DNA from: an uncultured Erysipelotrichaceae bacterium
GTDB lineage: Bacteria; Bacillota_I; Bacilli_A; Erysipelotrichales; Erysipelotrichaceae
Direction of reading: 5' to 3'
DNA: 45,853 nucleotides
NCBI GenBank assembly: GCA_964389885.1
Contig: CAYMGC010000002.1
Coordinates: 1 to 45,853 of the forward strand
Below the pieces are notes generated by a model, which ran no database searches, was not told the origin of the DNA, and saw only the letters and a program-made list of their open reading frames with translations. Shown here piece after piece: positions 1 to 9,091 of this stretch (position 1 is its first letter; every line of letters begins with the position of its first letter). The position numbers were made by a program, and so were the translations under genes.

Positions 1-25
1 TCAAGCTGCTAAACGCCGACGATAG
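1..25 (+). CDS. 3' end of a gene entering the window (...QAAKRRR*); basic tail, identity uncertain (rpsU-like ending is possible)
   Basis: CAA GCT GCT AAA CGC CGA CGA TAG followed by a strong terminator at 61-98; too short to identify. Confidence 0.3.
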
Positions 26-60
26 CTGTAAAGCAAAAATAGGAAGTTGCTGGACGAAGT

Positions 61-98
61 AAGCCTTATTTCAACATATGTTGAAGTAAGGCTTTTTT
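61..98 (+). terminator. Intrinsic terminator
   Basis: AAGCCTTATTTCAACAT/ATGTTGAAGTAAGGCTT near-perfect inverted repeat followed by a T run. Confidence 0.8.
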
Positions 99-160
99 AT
101 GTTTTGCTTTAAGATTGTGACTGTTTGTTTCAAAAATTAAAGGAAGGATAGTTCAAAATA

Positions 161-188
161 AAAAAAGTGGAGATGTACATCTCCACTT
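161..188 (-). terminator. Intrinsic terminator of 86-aa copy 1
   Basis: AAGTGGAGATG-TA-CATCTCCACTT palindrome with an A run on + (U run on -), 20 nt past the stop. Confidence 0.8.
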
Positions 189-208
189 GTAAGTGTCGGA
201 TAGTTGTA

Positions 209-469
209 TTAAGCGATAGCAGCAAGAGCTTTTTCAACGATAGCGATTTTAGCAGCTTCTTCGTCAGCTTTAGCAGTGTCGCCTTCTTCGCGATGTTTCT
301 TTTCCCAGCCTTTTAAAGAACCAAGTCTGTCATCCAAACGGTCTTTAGCGTTCTGAGCATATTTGCCAGTTTCGTCAAAGTGAGCAACGAGATCTTCGAT
401 TACTTCGTCGCCATAAGCAGTACCGCCGATAGCAGTTTCAAGAACCTTTTTGAATTCATCTTTTGTCAT
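209..469 (-). CDS. 86-aa charged helical hypothetical protein, tandem copy 1
   Basis: ORF, SD AAAGGGAGG, own -10 (TAAAAT, 502-507) and terminator; differences from the paralogs are mostly synonymous. Confidence 0.92.
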   Translation of the reverse strand: MTKDEFKKVLETAIGGTAYGDEVIEDLVAHFDETGKYAQNAKDRLDDRLGSLKGWEKKHREEGDTAKADEEAAKIAIVEKALAAIA

Positions 470-651
470 GATTACATGACCTCCCTTTTCTTTATGGTTT
501 CATTTTAACTCTTGGGCCTGTATTCTTCCTTTTTTAATGCTCTATTTTTTGCGGAACTTTAATAAGTATACCGAAGGAATAATAAGCGCTGAGGAGAAGT
601 GACCATCAGGAAGAGCTCTATGAAACTATACTTATTATACTCTAAGTCTAT

Positions 652-682
652 AAAAAAAAGCGGGAAATGCCCGCTTTCTTTT
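652..682 (-). terminator. Intrinsic terminator of 86-aa copy 2
   Basis: AAAGCGGG-AAATG-CCCGCTTT flanked by A/T runs. Confidence 0.8.
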
Positions 683-701
683 AAATGGGTAGGGAAGCTA
701 A

Positions 702-962
702 TTAAGCGATAGCAGCAAGAGCTTTTTCAACGATAGCGATTTTAGCAGCTTCTTCGTCAGCTTTAGCAGTGTCGCCTTCTTCGCGATGTTTCTTTTCCCA
801 GCCTTTTAAAGAACCAAGTCTGTCATCCAAACGGTCTTTAGCGTTCTGAGCATATTTACCAGTTTCGTCGAAGTGAGCAACGAGGTCTTCGATGATTTCG
901 TCACCGTAAGCACTTCCGCCTACTGCTGTTTCGAGAACTTTTTTGAATTCATCTTTTGTCAT
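702..962 (-). CDS. 86-aa hypothetical protein, tandem copy 2
   Basis: ORF, same SD, -10 TATACT at 995-1000. Confidence 0.92.
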   Translation of the reverse strand: MTKDEFKKVLETAVGGSAYGDEIIEDLVAHFDETGKYAQNAKDRLDDRLGSLKGWEKKHREEGDTAKADEEAAKIAIVEKALAAIA

Positions 963-1140
963 GGTTGCATGACCTCCCTTTTCTTTACTTTATTAGTATA
1001 CTCTCTTTCTCATATTTCTATGGTTTTTAGCACTAAGAAATTTTATTTTTCTCCTATTTTTAAAGGGTTTTCATCACAATAGATCCTGAGGAGAAAAAAG
1101 TGAGAATACTACGCAATTTAATGAGCAAATTTATAAAAGC

Positions 1141-1401
1141 TTAGGCAATGGCAGCAAGAGCTTTTTCAACGATAGCGATTTTTTCAGCTTCTTCGTCAGC
1201 TTTTACTACGTCGCCTTCTTCACGATGTTTCTTTTCCCAGCCTTTTAAAGAACCAAGTCTATCATCTAAACGATCTTTAGCATTTTGAGCATATTTACCA
1301 GTTTCATCAAAGTGAGCTACAAGATCCTCAATGATTTCATTCCCATAAGCGGTATCGCCTACGGCTGTTTCAAGAACCTTTTTGAATTCATCTTTTGTCA
1401 T
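1141..1401 (-). CDS. 86-aa hypothetical protein, tandem copy 3
   Basis: ORF, same SD, -10 TATGAT at 1434-1439. Confidence 0.92.
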   Translation of the reverse strand: MTKDEFKKVLETAVGDTAYGNEIIEDLVAHFDETGKYAQNAKDRLDDRLGSLKGWEKKHREEGDVVKADEEAEKIAIVEKALAAIA

Positions 1402-1522
1402 GATTCCATGACCTCCCTTTTCTTTATGGAGTTATCATACACTTCTTTATAGGTATCCTTCCGCTCAACGCACTAGAATTTTTTACGGAATGATTGAAAA
1501 ATTTTTTTCCCCTTTTTATCTC

Positions 1523-1630
1523 TTAAACAAATGATAAGACATAAACGATCACTAAAGCCAAGATCACAATTAAGGTTAGGACAACCATCCAAGTGGGACG
1601 CTTGGTGGAGGTTTCATTATTTTTTGACAT
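1523..1630 (-). CDS. 35-aa single-pass membrane peptide MSKNNETSTKRPTWMVVLTLIVILALVIVYVLSFV (DUF4044-like layout)
   Basis: Read by hand, below the ORF-track cutoff; basic N-terminus plus one hydrophobic helix; weak SD GGCAGG. Confidence 0.6.
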   Translation of the reverse strand: MSKNNETSTKRPTWMVVLTLIVILALVIVYVLSFV

Positions 1631-1807
1631 GAAAAAAACCTGCCACACTTAGAAAGTAAAAGCAAGATCAGTGCTTACTTGTCTTTCCATTCTACTTTTG
1701 GTCTCAAAAAGGTAGTTCTTCTCGTATTCATAAAAATTTAAAGTCCAGTCTCTATCAAAAAATCTGTGGAGTGGAAAAATTCAGCTACACTTAAAAAGGA
1801 GGTTACT

Positions 1808-1915
1808 ATGCAAGAGAATAAATGGATTGTCATTGTTATTTCGGCTATGCTGATTTTAAGTGCCTTAGCTGGAATTTTGGCTGGTTTAAAAGAAGAACTA
1901 GACCCACATCATTAA
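1808..1915 (+). CDS. 35-aa single-pass membrane peptide MQENKWIVIVISAMLILSALAGILAGLKEELDPHH
   Basis: Read by hand; strong SD AAAGGAGG 5 nt upstream, one TM helix, hairpin AAATCTC...GAGATTT right after the stop. Confidence 0.75.
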   Translation: MQENKWIVIVISAMLILSALAGILAGLKEELDPHH

Positions 1916-2000
1916 ATCTCTCTTTAAGTGGAGATTTTGTTTAAAATGGATAAAAAAAGAGATCTCTTTGACTGCTGGGATCTCTTTTTTCTTTAAAGAG

Positions 2001-2723
2001 TTAATAATATTCCTCATTATCTGGAATAAACCAACCTTCTTCATCTTCAATGTAAAGTTCTTCTTGGGGCGTTTCTTCATCCTCATTTGCTGTAGAGGAA
2101 GACTGGCTAGTTACTTCTTTTGATTGTTCCTCTTTGGAATCTTGGCTAGTTAAAGCAGTGGATTCTTGAGAAGAATTGGTTTGAGAGGCTTCTTTTCCTT
2201 TATAAGCTTTCGCTTCCAAGAACGTCCAAACTTCAACTGGTTTAGCCTCATTCCAATTAATTGGGCTATCCACTCCCCAACTCGATACACTATGTCGATT
2301 GGAATCATAGCCAATTCCAGCACTTACAGGTTGACCATTTTCAATTTTATAAATGACAGGTGTGTAGAGAAAATAAGGAAAACGAGCTAAAAACGCTCGG
2401 CCCTCCTCATTGGTTGAGATGAGTGTCATATCGCCTTCATTTTCACGATACAATTCAAAATTTGTCGAATCCAAACGGTACAAATGAACATCTCCATATT
2501 GGCTTTTTGTTTGATCCAGATAAAGATTCAAAGCGGAACAAAATGGGCACGAATCCCGTTCTACCAATAAAAAGAATGTTTTTTTATCATTCATCATCGT
2601 TTCAAGTTGACTGAGAGAGATGTCTTCCATTTCAAAAGGTGTAGTAGCATTTTGGCTACACCCTGCTAAAAACACCATTAGCCCAAATAGTAAGAAAAGA
2701 CTTGATTTGAAAAAATGCTTCAT
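2001..2723 (-). CDS. Thioredoxin-fold lipoprotein with acidic, low-complexity C-terminal tail
   Basis: Lipobox LAGC, CPFC redox motif, YTP cis-Pro-like loop; ATGA overlap with the glxK stop; terminator at ~1952-1990. Confidence 0.8.
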   Translation of the reverse strand: MKHFFKSSLFLLFGLMVFLAGCSQNATTPFEMEDISLSQLETMMNDKKTFFLLVERDSCPFCSALNLYLDQTKSQYGDVHLYRLDSTNFELYRENEGDMTLISTNEEGRAFLARFPYFLYTPVIYKIENGQPVSAGIGYDSNRHSVSSWGVDSPINWNEAKPVEVWTFLEAKAYKGKEASQTNSSQESTALTSQDSKEEQSKEVTSQSSSTANEDEETPQEELYIEDEEGWFIPDNEEYY

Positions 2724-3865
2724 TTTTCTCTCCTTCTTTCGGCGGCTAAAATCAATCGGGTTACATTATTCGCTTGTTTTTCAACTTTTTCTGCCCCGTG
2801 ACTTAGGGCATAAGAAAAGCTCATAGCCCGATCCGCACTCGAAAAAATAGCACTTACTCCTTCATGATATAAAAGTTCAGCTCCTGAAAGTAAAGCCCCA
2901 CAAATACAAATCAAAGGAACATCTGCCTTTTTACATAAATGTGCAATCCGTGCTACGGCTTTTCCATTGATCGTTTGCGAATCTGTTTGACCTTCTCCTG
3001 TAAAGACATAATCGGCTTCTTGGATTTTTTGGAATAAACCACCTTTTTCTAGTACATCGATGCCAGAAAGCATGGTAGCGCCAAAAATTCCTAAAATCAT
3101 GCCCCCTAATCCACCTGCAGCTCCCGATCCTTCTAAAGCATTCATATTTACATGAAAAGTTTGATCGATTTTCCGGTTGAGATTTTCCATCCCTTCTTCA
3201 ACTTCTTTTTGTAAAGTAGGATTTAAGCCCTTTTGACGACCAAATACATATGTCGCCCCATTGGGTCCCAATAAAGGATTGGAAACATCACACGCAGCAA
3301 TAATGGGCTTTCTAGAATTATAGTGGAAAGTTCGTTTTTCAATATAGGCGATTCGTTGTAAGTTTTGAGTACAAGGATCGAGAGGACAGCGTTGTCGATC
3401 ATAAAATCCGGCTCCAAAAGCTGCTGCAAAGCCAATACCACCATCGTTTGATCCTGTTCCACCAAGACCAATGATGATTCGTTTAACATCTGGACGAGCT
3501 AAAATCTTTTTAACCAATAAACCTAGGCCATAGCTTGAGGAATTCATAGGATAGCGGATTTCAGGAGGATAGAGGGTTAAACCTACACAACTAGCTGCTT
3601 CCACACAGGCGGTTCCGGTTTTTTCATCTAATGCCCAAGTTACTGTAATGGGAAAACCATATAAGTCTTGAGTGGCCATTTTCAAGCATCTCGCTTCATA
3701 GGCATAGGCAAAGGCTTGAACCATTCCCTCTCCACCATCTGAGATGGGGATACATTCCGTTATGATATTTGGATCGGCTTTTAAAATGCCTTTTTCCATA
3801 GACCGATTGGCTTCTTCACTACTCATACAACCTTTAAATGAATCTGATGCAATTAAAATTTTCAT
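2720..3865 (-). CDS. glxK: Glycerate kinase (GlxK/GarK family)
   Basis: MKILIASDSFKG, DGGEG, GLGGTGSNDGG, GSGAAGGLG and TGEG motifs. Confidence 0.93.
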   Translation of the reverse strand: MKILIASDSFKGCMSSEEANRSMEKGILKADPNIITECIPISDGGEGMVQAFAYAYEARCLKMATQDLYGFPITVTWALDEKTGTACVEAASCVGLTLYPPEIRYPMNSSSYGLGLLVKKILARPDVKRIIIGLGGTGSNDGGIGFAAAFGAGFYDRQRCPLDPCTQNLQRIAYIEKRTFHYNSRKPIIAACDVSNPLLGPNGATYVFGRQKGLNPTLQKEVEEGMENLNRKIDQTFHVNMNALEGSGAAGGLGGMILGIFGATMLSGIDVLEKGGLFQKIQEADYVFTGEGQTDSQTINGKAVARIAHLCKKADVPLICICGALLSGAELLYHEGVSAIFSSADRAMSFSYALSHGAEKVEKQANNVTRLILAAERRREK

Positions 3866-3920
3866 TATGATAGCGGATACTCATGACTATCTTAAAAGAA
3901 ACATCCGCCGTCTCCTTTCT
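3866..3920 (-). promoter_or_regulatory. SD-hairpin-AUG element, copy A (glxK leader)
   Basis: mRNA AGAAAGGAG-AC-[GGCGGAUG...UAUCCGCU]-AUCAUA-AUG; no SD near the start codon. Confidence 0.6.
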
Positions 3921-4470
3921 TTTTATTAGTCCAAGACTAATTTCTTCAAGCGGTTAACATAATCTTTTCTCTCACTTTCCCTAAGAAATAATCTGTTAAT
4001 CTACGTCGATAAAATCTATTTTTAACTCTTAATCCTAAATTATAAAAGACCTTTCATGAGAAGATATCAGCTCTAAGGTTAGTCGAGATGCCTTTGGCTT
4101 CCCTTAGATATTTGCTTTACAAAGAAAATGTCTTTTAAAATGTACCATATTTAAAATGGAATTCCTTATTTACTTTATAGGTATTCGCGATCGTAAAGAA
4201 GACAGGTTTTCTGAGAAAAAACAATAAGAAAAGGCATTAGATCCCTTAAAATATAAGGAAAAGAAGTATTCTTTTCTTTTTTTATAACAATGAAAAAGGA
4301 ATAAAGAGTGGAGTAGGAACTTTTCTTTACTGAGTCACAAATCCCTTACTTTCAGTGTAAGTGACTATACTAAGACAGGAATCGCTCAGGATTCCTAATG
4401 ACTTATACCCAAAAAAATTCTCTATTTTTCTATACAAGTTGAGGCAACATAGCTTGTTGAAAGGAATACC

Positions 4471-5682
4471 ATGACAAAACACATTCTTATTGGCATGACA
4501 GGGTCTATTGCCGCTTTTAAAATATGTTCTTTAGTCAGTTCTTTAACTAAAAAAGGTTACGACGTACGCGTCATTGAAACCAAACACGCTGCGGCTTTTG
4601 TAGGACCTTTAAGCCTTGCTGCGTTAAGCCGTCATGAAGTGATTCTAGATGAGTTTGATGGGACTCACCAAGAACAAATTCCTCATATTGAATTGGCCAA
4701 GTGGGCGGATGTTTTTTTAATTGCCCCTGCGGATGCCAATGTTTTGGCCAAAGCAGCCTGTGGAATAGCGGATGATTTATTGACCAGTTGCATCTTGGCT
4801 TGTACTTGTCCTATTTTGGCTGCTCCAGCTATGAATGTTCATATGTTCGAAAATGTAGCCACTCAACAAAATCTTAAAACATTACAAGCCAGGGGATGGC
4901 ACATTATTGATCCAGAATATGGCTATTTGGCTTGCCAAGATAGCGGTAAAGGTCGGATGGCTGAACCGAGTACTCTTGAAGAGGTCGTACTTGGGGTCTT
5001 AAATGAAAGCCAAGATCAAGAACAATTGCCTCTTTTTGGAAAAACCGTTTTGGTTTCGGCTGGACCCACTCAAGAATCTTTGGATCCCGTACGGTTTTTA
5101 TCCAATCATTCCAGTGGTAAACAAGGGTATGCCATTGCTAAAGCGGCCAAAGCCTTGGGCGCTCAAGTTATTTTGGTTTCTGGTCCAGTCAATTTAGACC
5201 ACCCGGAAGGCGTAGAGGTTATTCCTGTAATTAGTGCTTGTGATATGGAAAAAGCTGTTTTGGACAATGCGCCTAAAGCGGACTTCATTATCATGGCTGC
5301 CGCTGTAGCTGACTATCGCTTTAAAGAGCAATACGATCAAAAGATGAAAAAAGGCCAAGAGGCTATGACGCTTGAATTGGTCAAAAATCCCGATATTTTA
5401 GCCGAATTAGGAGCCCAGAAAGCGCCAGGACAAGTTCTTTGTGGCTTTGCGATGGAAACTCAAAACTTAGAAGAAAATGCACGCCATAAACTGCTCACTA
5501 AAAACTGTGATTTATTGGTAGCCAATAACCTACGGACCAAAGGAGCAGGATTTCAAGGGGATACCAATGTGGTGTCATTATTATTTCCAGATTCCATTGA
5601 GCGGTTAGGCTTAGAAACCAAAGAAGAGATTGGATATACGATTTTAAATAAAATGTTAGCCATTCAGAAAGGAAGTCATTAA
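4471..5682 (+). CDS. coaBC: Phosphopantothenoylcysteine decarboxylase/ligase
   Basis: TGSIAA, HIELAKWAD, PAMN, AGPTQE-DPVRFLSNHSSGKQG, AAVADY, GFAMET. Confidence 0.96.
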   Translation: MTKHILIGMTGSIAAFKICSLVSSLTKKGYDVRVIETKHAAAFVGPLSLAALSRHEVILDEFDGTHQEQIPHIELAKWADVFLIAPADANVLAKAACGIADDLLTSCILACTCPILAAPAMNVHMFENVATQQNLKTLQARGWHIIDPEYGYLACQDSGKGRMAEPSTLEEVVLGVLNESQDQEQLPLFGKTVLVSAGPTQESLDPVRFLSNHSSGKQGYAIAKAAKALGAQVILVSGPVNLDHPEGVEVIPVISACDMEKAVLDNAPKADFIIMAAAVADYRFKEQYDQKMKKGQEAMTLELVKNPDILAELGAQKAPGQVLCGFAMETQNLEENARHKLLTKNCDLLVANNLRTKGAGFQGDTNVVSLLFPDSIERLGLETKEEIGYTILNKMLAIQKGSH

Positions 5683-5683
5683 G

Positions 5684-6505
5684 ATGCTTCTTTGTATAGA
5701 TGTTGGAAACTCTAATATAACTATTGGAGTTTTTGACGGGGATCAATTGATCTGTAACTATCGCATGAACACCAAAGTCCGTCGCACGAGCGATGAATAT
5801 GGCTTCATGTTGGAAAACTTTTTACGCAATGCCAATGTGACGAAAGATGATATTGAAGGCGTAATTGTCAGCTCAGTTGTACCAAAGGTGATGCACTCAT
5901 TTCGCAATGGCATCGTGAAATTCATTGGTATTGAACCTGTTATTGTAGGACCTGATATTCCTACGGGGGTTAAAGTGGAACTAGATAATGCTCGTTCCGT
6001 TGGGGCTGACCGCATTGCGGATGTAGCTGGGGCCATTGAAGAATATGGCTATCCTCTTTTGATCGTAGACTTTGGAACGGCAACGACATTTGACTACGTG
6101 GATGAAAATGGGGTATTCAAAGCAGGAGCCATTGGGGTAGGTATTGAAAGTGGAGCCAATGCTCTTTGGGGACAAACGGCTCAATTGCCTGAAATTGAAA
6201 TCAAAAAACCCCAGAGTGTTTTAGGAAAAAATACCCAAGCTGCAATGCAAGCTGGTATTTTTTACCAATTTTTAGGTGGCTTTGAAAAAACCGTGGATGC
6301 TTTTCGCCAAGAAACCAATCAAAACTTTAAAGTCATTGCGACGGGAGGACTAGGTCGCGTTATTTGTCAACATACCGATTACATTGATGTCTATGATCCT
6401 AGATTGATTTTCAAAGGCTTAAAAGCGATTTATGAACGCGCAACGCAAGATAAAAAGATTCAAGATAAACCAGCAGAGGAAGAATTTGGCATTCTTGAAA
6501 TTTAA
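5684..6505 (+). CDS. coaX: Type III pantothenate kinase
   Basis: IDVGNSN, GADR, VDFGTATT and ATGG motifs; follows coaBC. Confidence 0.95.
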   Translation: MLLCIDVGNSNITIGVFDGDQLICNYRMNTKVRRTSDEYGFMLENFLRNANVTKDDIEGVIVSSVVPKVMHSFRNGIVKFIGIEPVIVGPDIPTGVKVELDNARSVGADRIADVAGAIEEYGYPLLIVDFGTATTFDYVDENGVFKAGAIGVGIESGANALWGQTAQLPEIEIKKPQSVLGKNTQAAMQAGIFYQFLGGFEKTVDAFRQETNQNFKVIATGGLGRVICQHTDYIDVYDPRLIFKGLKAIYERATQDKKIQDKPAEEEFGILEI

Positions 6506-6610
6506 GGGAAATGACTCTGTTGGGTTTTATTCCAAGCAAGAGAGCCATTTCCTGTTTAGAACAAATTTTTAGGAAAGAATAAGCTCTTTCCTAAAATTCC
6601 TTTTTAAATT

Positions 6611-6997
6611 ATGAATAAAACATTAGACCAAGACCAACGTTTAATCGATCCGCAAAAGCTAGAAGCTACAAAAGAGCGGATTGAAAAATTTGAACCAATT
6701 CATAGTGAATTGAAAAAACAGTTTTCTCATTACGAAAAACAAGCGAATCTTTTAGCTCAAGAGGTTCCTTTACTAGAAGAATTAGCCAAATGGTATTTTA
6801 GTCCACAATGGTTAGATGACTATGCCCTAGATGAATATGGTCATTTCGATCATTTGAAACGAGGTGTTCTTAGTCAAGATGAAGTAAGCAATCTTCTTGA
6901 TCAATATCGTGAATTGGCAACGGATCTACAAACCATTGCCAAAGCGATTTTAGATACCACAAATGGGACACCTCCACTTCCAAAACCCGAAGACTAA
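6611..6997 (+). CDS. Hypothetical protein, DUF4298-like
   Basis: WYFSPQWLDDY...LKRGVLSQD motif recalled from this family. Confidence 0.65.
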   Translation: MNKTLDQDQRLIDPQKLEATKERIEKFEPIHSELKKQFSHYEKQANLLAQEVPLLEELAKWYFSPQWLDDYALDEYGHFDHLKRGVLSQDEVSNLLDQYRELATDLQTIAKAILDTTNGTPPLPKPED

Positions 6998-7200
6998 GAC
7001 TAAATTTTTCTCAATCAAGGTTAAAAACAATAGAATTCGCTAACAATGATCGAAATAAAATGAGTAAGCTGTCCTTTTTGCACTCATAAAGTAAAGGCAA
7101 CTTTAATACATGGAGTAAAAATAAATTCTCTAACCGCAAGGTCCACCTTTGCGGTTTTTCTTTAATTTTTTGAAGCTGGAATCTTAAACCAAGACACGAA

Positions 7201-7223
7201 AAAGCTAGGTCGAAACCTAGCTT
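7201..7223 (-). terminator. Terminator after the pilus operon
   Basis: AAGCTAGGT-CGAA-ACCTAGCTT hairpin. Confidence 0.7.
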
Positions 7224-7244
7224 AAAGGGAAAGTGAGTAATATT

Positions 7245-8261
7245 TTATTTCTTGATAAACCGTTTGCCTCCTTTAGATAAGGCAAAGGTCATTAATCCAG
7301 AACTCAATAAAATCAATGCCCATTTTTGAAGTGAAACTTGAATGGCAGTATCGGGTTTATTGGAACTGATTTTAGAAGATGAGGTTTGAGAAACGGTGTT
7401 CGTATCCGGTTTTTGACTTTCCTCATTGGGTAAGGGTGGTTCCTCTTCTTCGAGTCGATTGATGCATTGTAATTTGACTTTCAAACCATCTACTGGACCC
7501 TTTTGATCATTGACAAAGAGACTTCCTTCTTCATCCATAAATACTTTGATACATTGTTTGGAAAGTTTATATCCTTCTGGCGCTTGAGTTTCCTGAATGT
7601 AGATGGTTTGGCCAAGATTTAAGCGAAATTCGACCATGCCGGTTTCCATATTTCCTTTTTTGGTTTCAATAAGCTGCATCGCTTCTGGGTCTTTAAAGGA
7701 AGAAAACGCAAAGTCTTTGTTTAAAATTGGCTCTTTATTGGCATCAACTTTTACAATACAAAGATCGGGAAGGGGATACGCTTTCGCTTGAATGCACAAG
7801 AAGTCCTCAGCACAATTTTTCTCATTGTTCCAAGCGGGAAGCATCGCCATGAAGTTTCCGACGAGTTCGTATTGGGCTGGATCACTGACACAAAAGAAGT
7901 AAAGACCATAGGGTAAGTGTTCAAAGATCGCTTTTCCTTCTTCATTGACTAAGCTACTTGCATAGGGACTTTCATTGCTTTTTTGAGAGGCTAAATATTG
8001 AAGGGCTTCTTTCATCTTGGTGGCATCATCCAGTTCATCCACTTGCAAAGTACAATCCTGATAGGGTTCTAAAAAAGTGAGGGTATCGCCATCGCTACTC
8101 GCACATCGATAGGCATCAAAGCGAACCCCTTGATAGGAACGTCCCATACTGCTTTCTTCTAAACGAATCTCAATCGTGCCTTCTAGGCTCTGCGCTTGTA
8201 AATGGATGGGATTTACGATAGTCCAAAAACTTATCCAAAGACAAAGAAATCGTTTAATCAT
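7245..8261 (-). CDS. Ancillary (basal) pilin, SpaA/Cna-B-like domains
   Basis: Start moved to MIKRFL (SD AGAAAGGAGG); signal peptide, E-box-like YIQETQAPEGY, KPDTA + TM + basic tail. Confidence 0.8.
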   Translation of the reverse strand: MIKRFLCLWISFWTIVNPIHLQAQSLEGTIEIRLEESSMGRSYQGVRFDAYRCASSDGDTLTFLEPYQDCTLQVDELDDATKMKEALQYLASQKSNESPYASSLVNEEGKAIFEHLPYGLYFFCVSDPAQYELVGNFMAMLPAWNNEKNCAEDFLCIQAKAYPLPDLCIVKVDANKEPILNKDFAFSSFKDPEAMQLIETKKGNMETGMVEFRLNLGQTIYIQETQAPEGYKLSKQCIKVFMDEEGSLFVNDQKGPVDGLKVKLQCINRLEEEEPPLPNEESQKPDTNTVSQTSSSKISSNKPDTAIQVSLQKWALILLSSGLMTFALSKGGKRFIKK

Positions 8262-8262
8262 T

Positions 8263-9087
8263 TCATTCCTCCTTTCTAGCGGCGTTTGGCCGCTTTTTTC
8301 GTTGATGCCATAAAAAGAAACCAACTAGAAGAACAAGGCAGATAGGCCAAAGACGAAAACAGATTTCTCGCCACGATCCAACAGCAGCTTGATTTTTTAC
8401 TTGAATCTTTTCCTGGCTTTCTTGCCAAGGAATTCGCTGACCAGTAACCAATAAGCGATGATCGTTGATGCCATAAGGCGTACAGGTCATAAGAGTGACA
8501 AGATCTTGATTGTCTTCAATGGCCAAGGCGTTTTTTTCACTGGGTAAAATGACTTGAATGTCTCGAACACGATAGGCCAGCTTTTCTTTTGGATTTTCAA
8601 TGTAGAAAGAATCCCCCACTTCGAGTTCATCTAAACGCGTAAAGAGTTCCGCTTGCATTAAACCGCGATGAGCGGAAAGCACCACCCGGGCACTAGAAGA
8701 GCCAATGGGCAAAGAGGAAGAGGGCAAATGACCAACTCCTTGACTTAAGGCTTCCTCTTCTACTCCATGGTAAATAGGAAGTTCTAAGGAAATTTTTGGA
8801 ATCGATAAAATGCCCATTACCCCATGACCCAAAAGTTGCAATTGATCTTCATAACTCGCTAAGCGTTCGCTTACCTGTGCTTGTCCATTTAAGGCAAGAT
8901 TCCACAAGGTAGCTTGTTCAAAACTTTTTGAAAAGTCTTGAGGGGCCATCGTTTGCATTTCTTTTTGATAACCTTGGATTTCTTGAGCGGATTGATGATG
9001 AGAAAACATCATCCATAGACTAGGCGCTATACAAAAACCTAGCCCTACAATTAGACAAAGAAGAGAAATCGAACGTTTGATCGGCAC
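8263..9087 (-). CDS. srtC: Class C (pilus) sortase
   Basis: GVGHL, SAHRG, LFTRLD, TLMTCTPYGINDHRLLV; N- and C-terminal TM segments. Confidence 0.95.
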   Translation of the reverse strand: MPIKRSISLLCLIVGLGFCIAPSLWMMFSHHQSAQEIQGYQKEMQTMAPQDFSKSFEQATLWNLALNGQAQVSERLASYEDQLQLLGHGVMGILSIPKISLELPIYHGVEEEALSQGVGHLPSSSLPIGSSSARVVLSAHRGLMQAELFTRLDELEVGDSFYIENPKEKLAYRVRDIQVILPSEKNALAIEDNQDLVTLMTCTPYGINDHRLLVTGQRIPWQESQEKIQVKNQAAVGSWREICFRLWPICLVLLVGFFLWHQRKKRPNAARKEE

Positions 9088-9091
9088 GATC

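Noticed and set aside
209-1401. CRISPR array or DGR template/variable repeats
   Set aside because: The repeats are whole genes; changes are mostly synonymous and not adenine-specific; no cas or reverse transcriptase gene in the window.
6998-7165. Riboswitch or sRNA ahead of the hairpin AACCGCAAGG...CTTTGCGGTT
   Set aside because: No aptamer consensus recognised; most simply the terminator of the upstream + strand genes.
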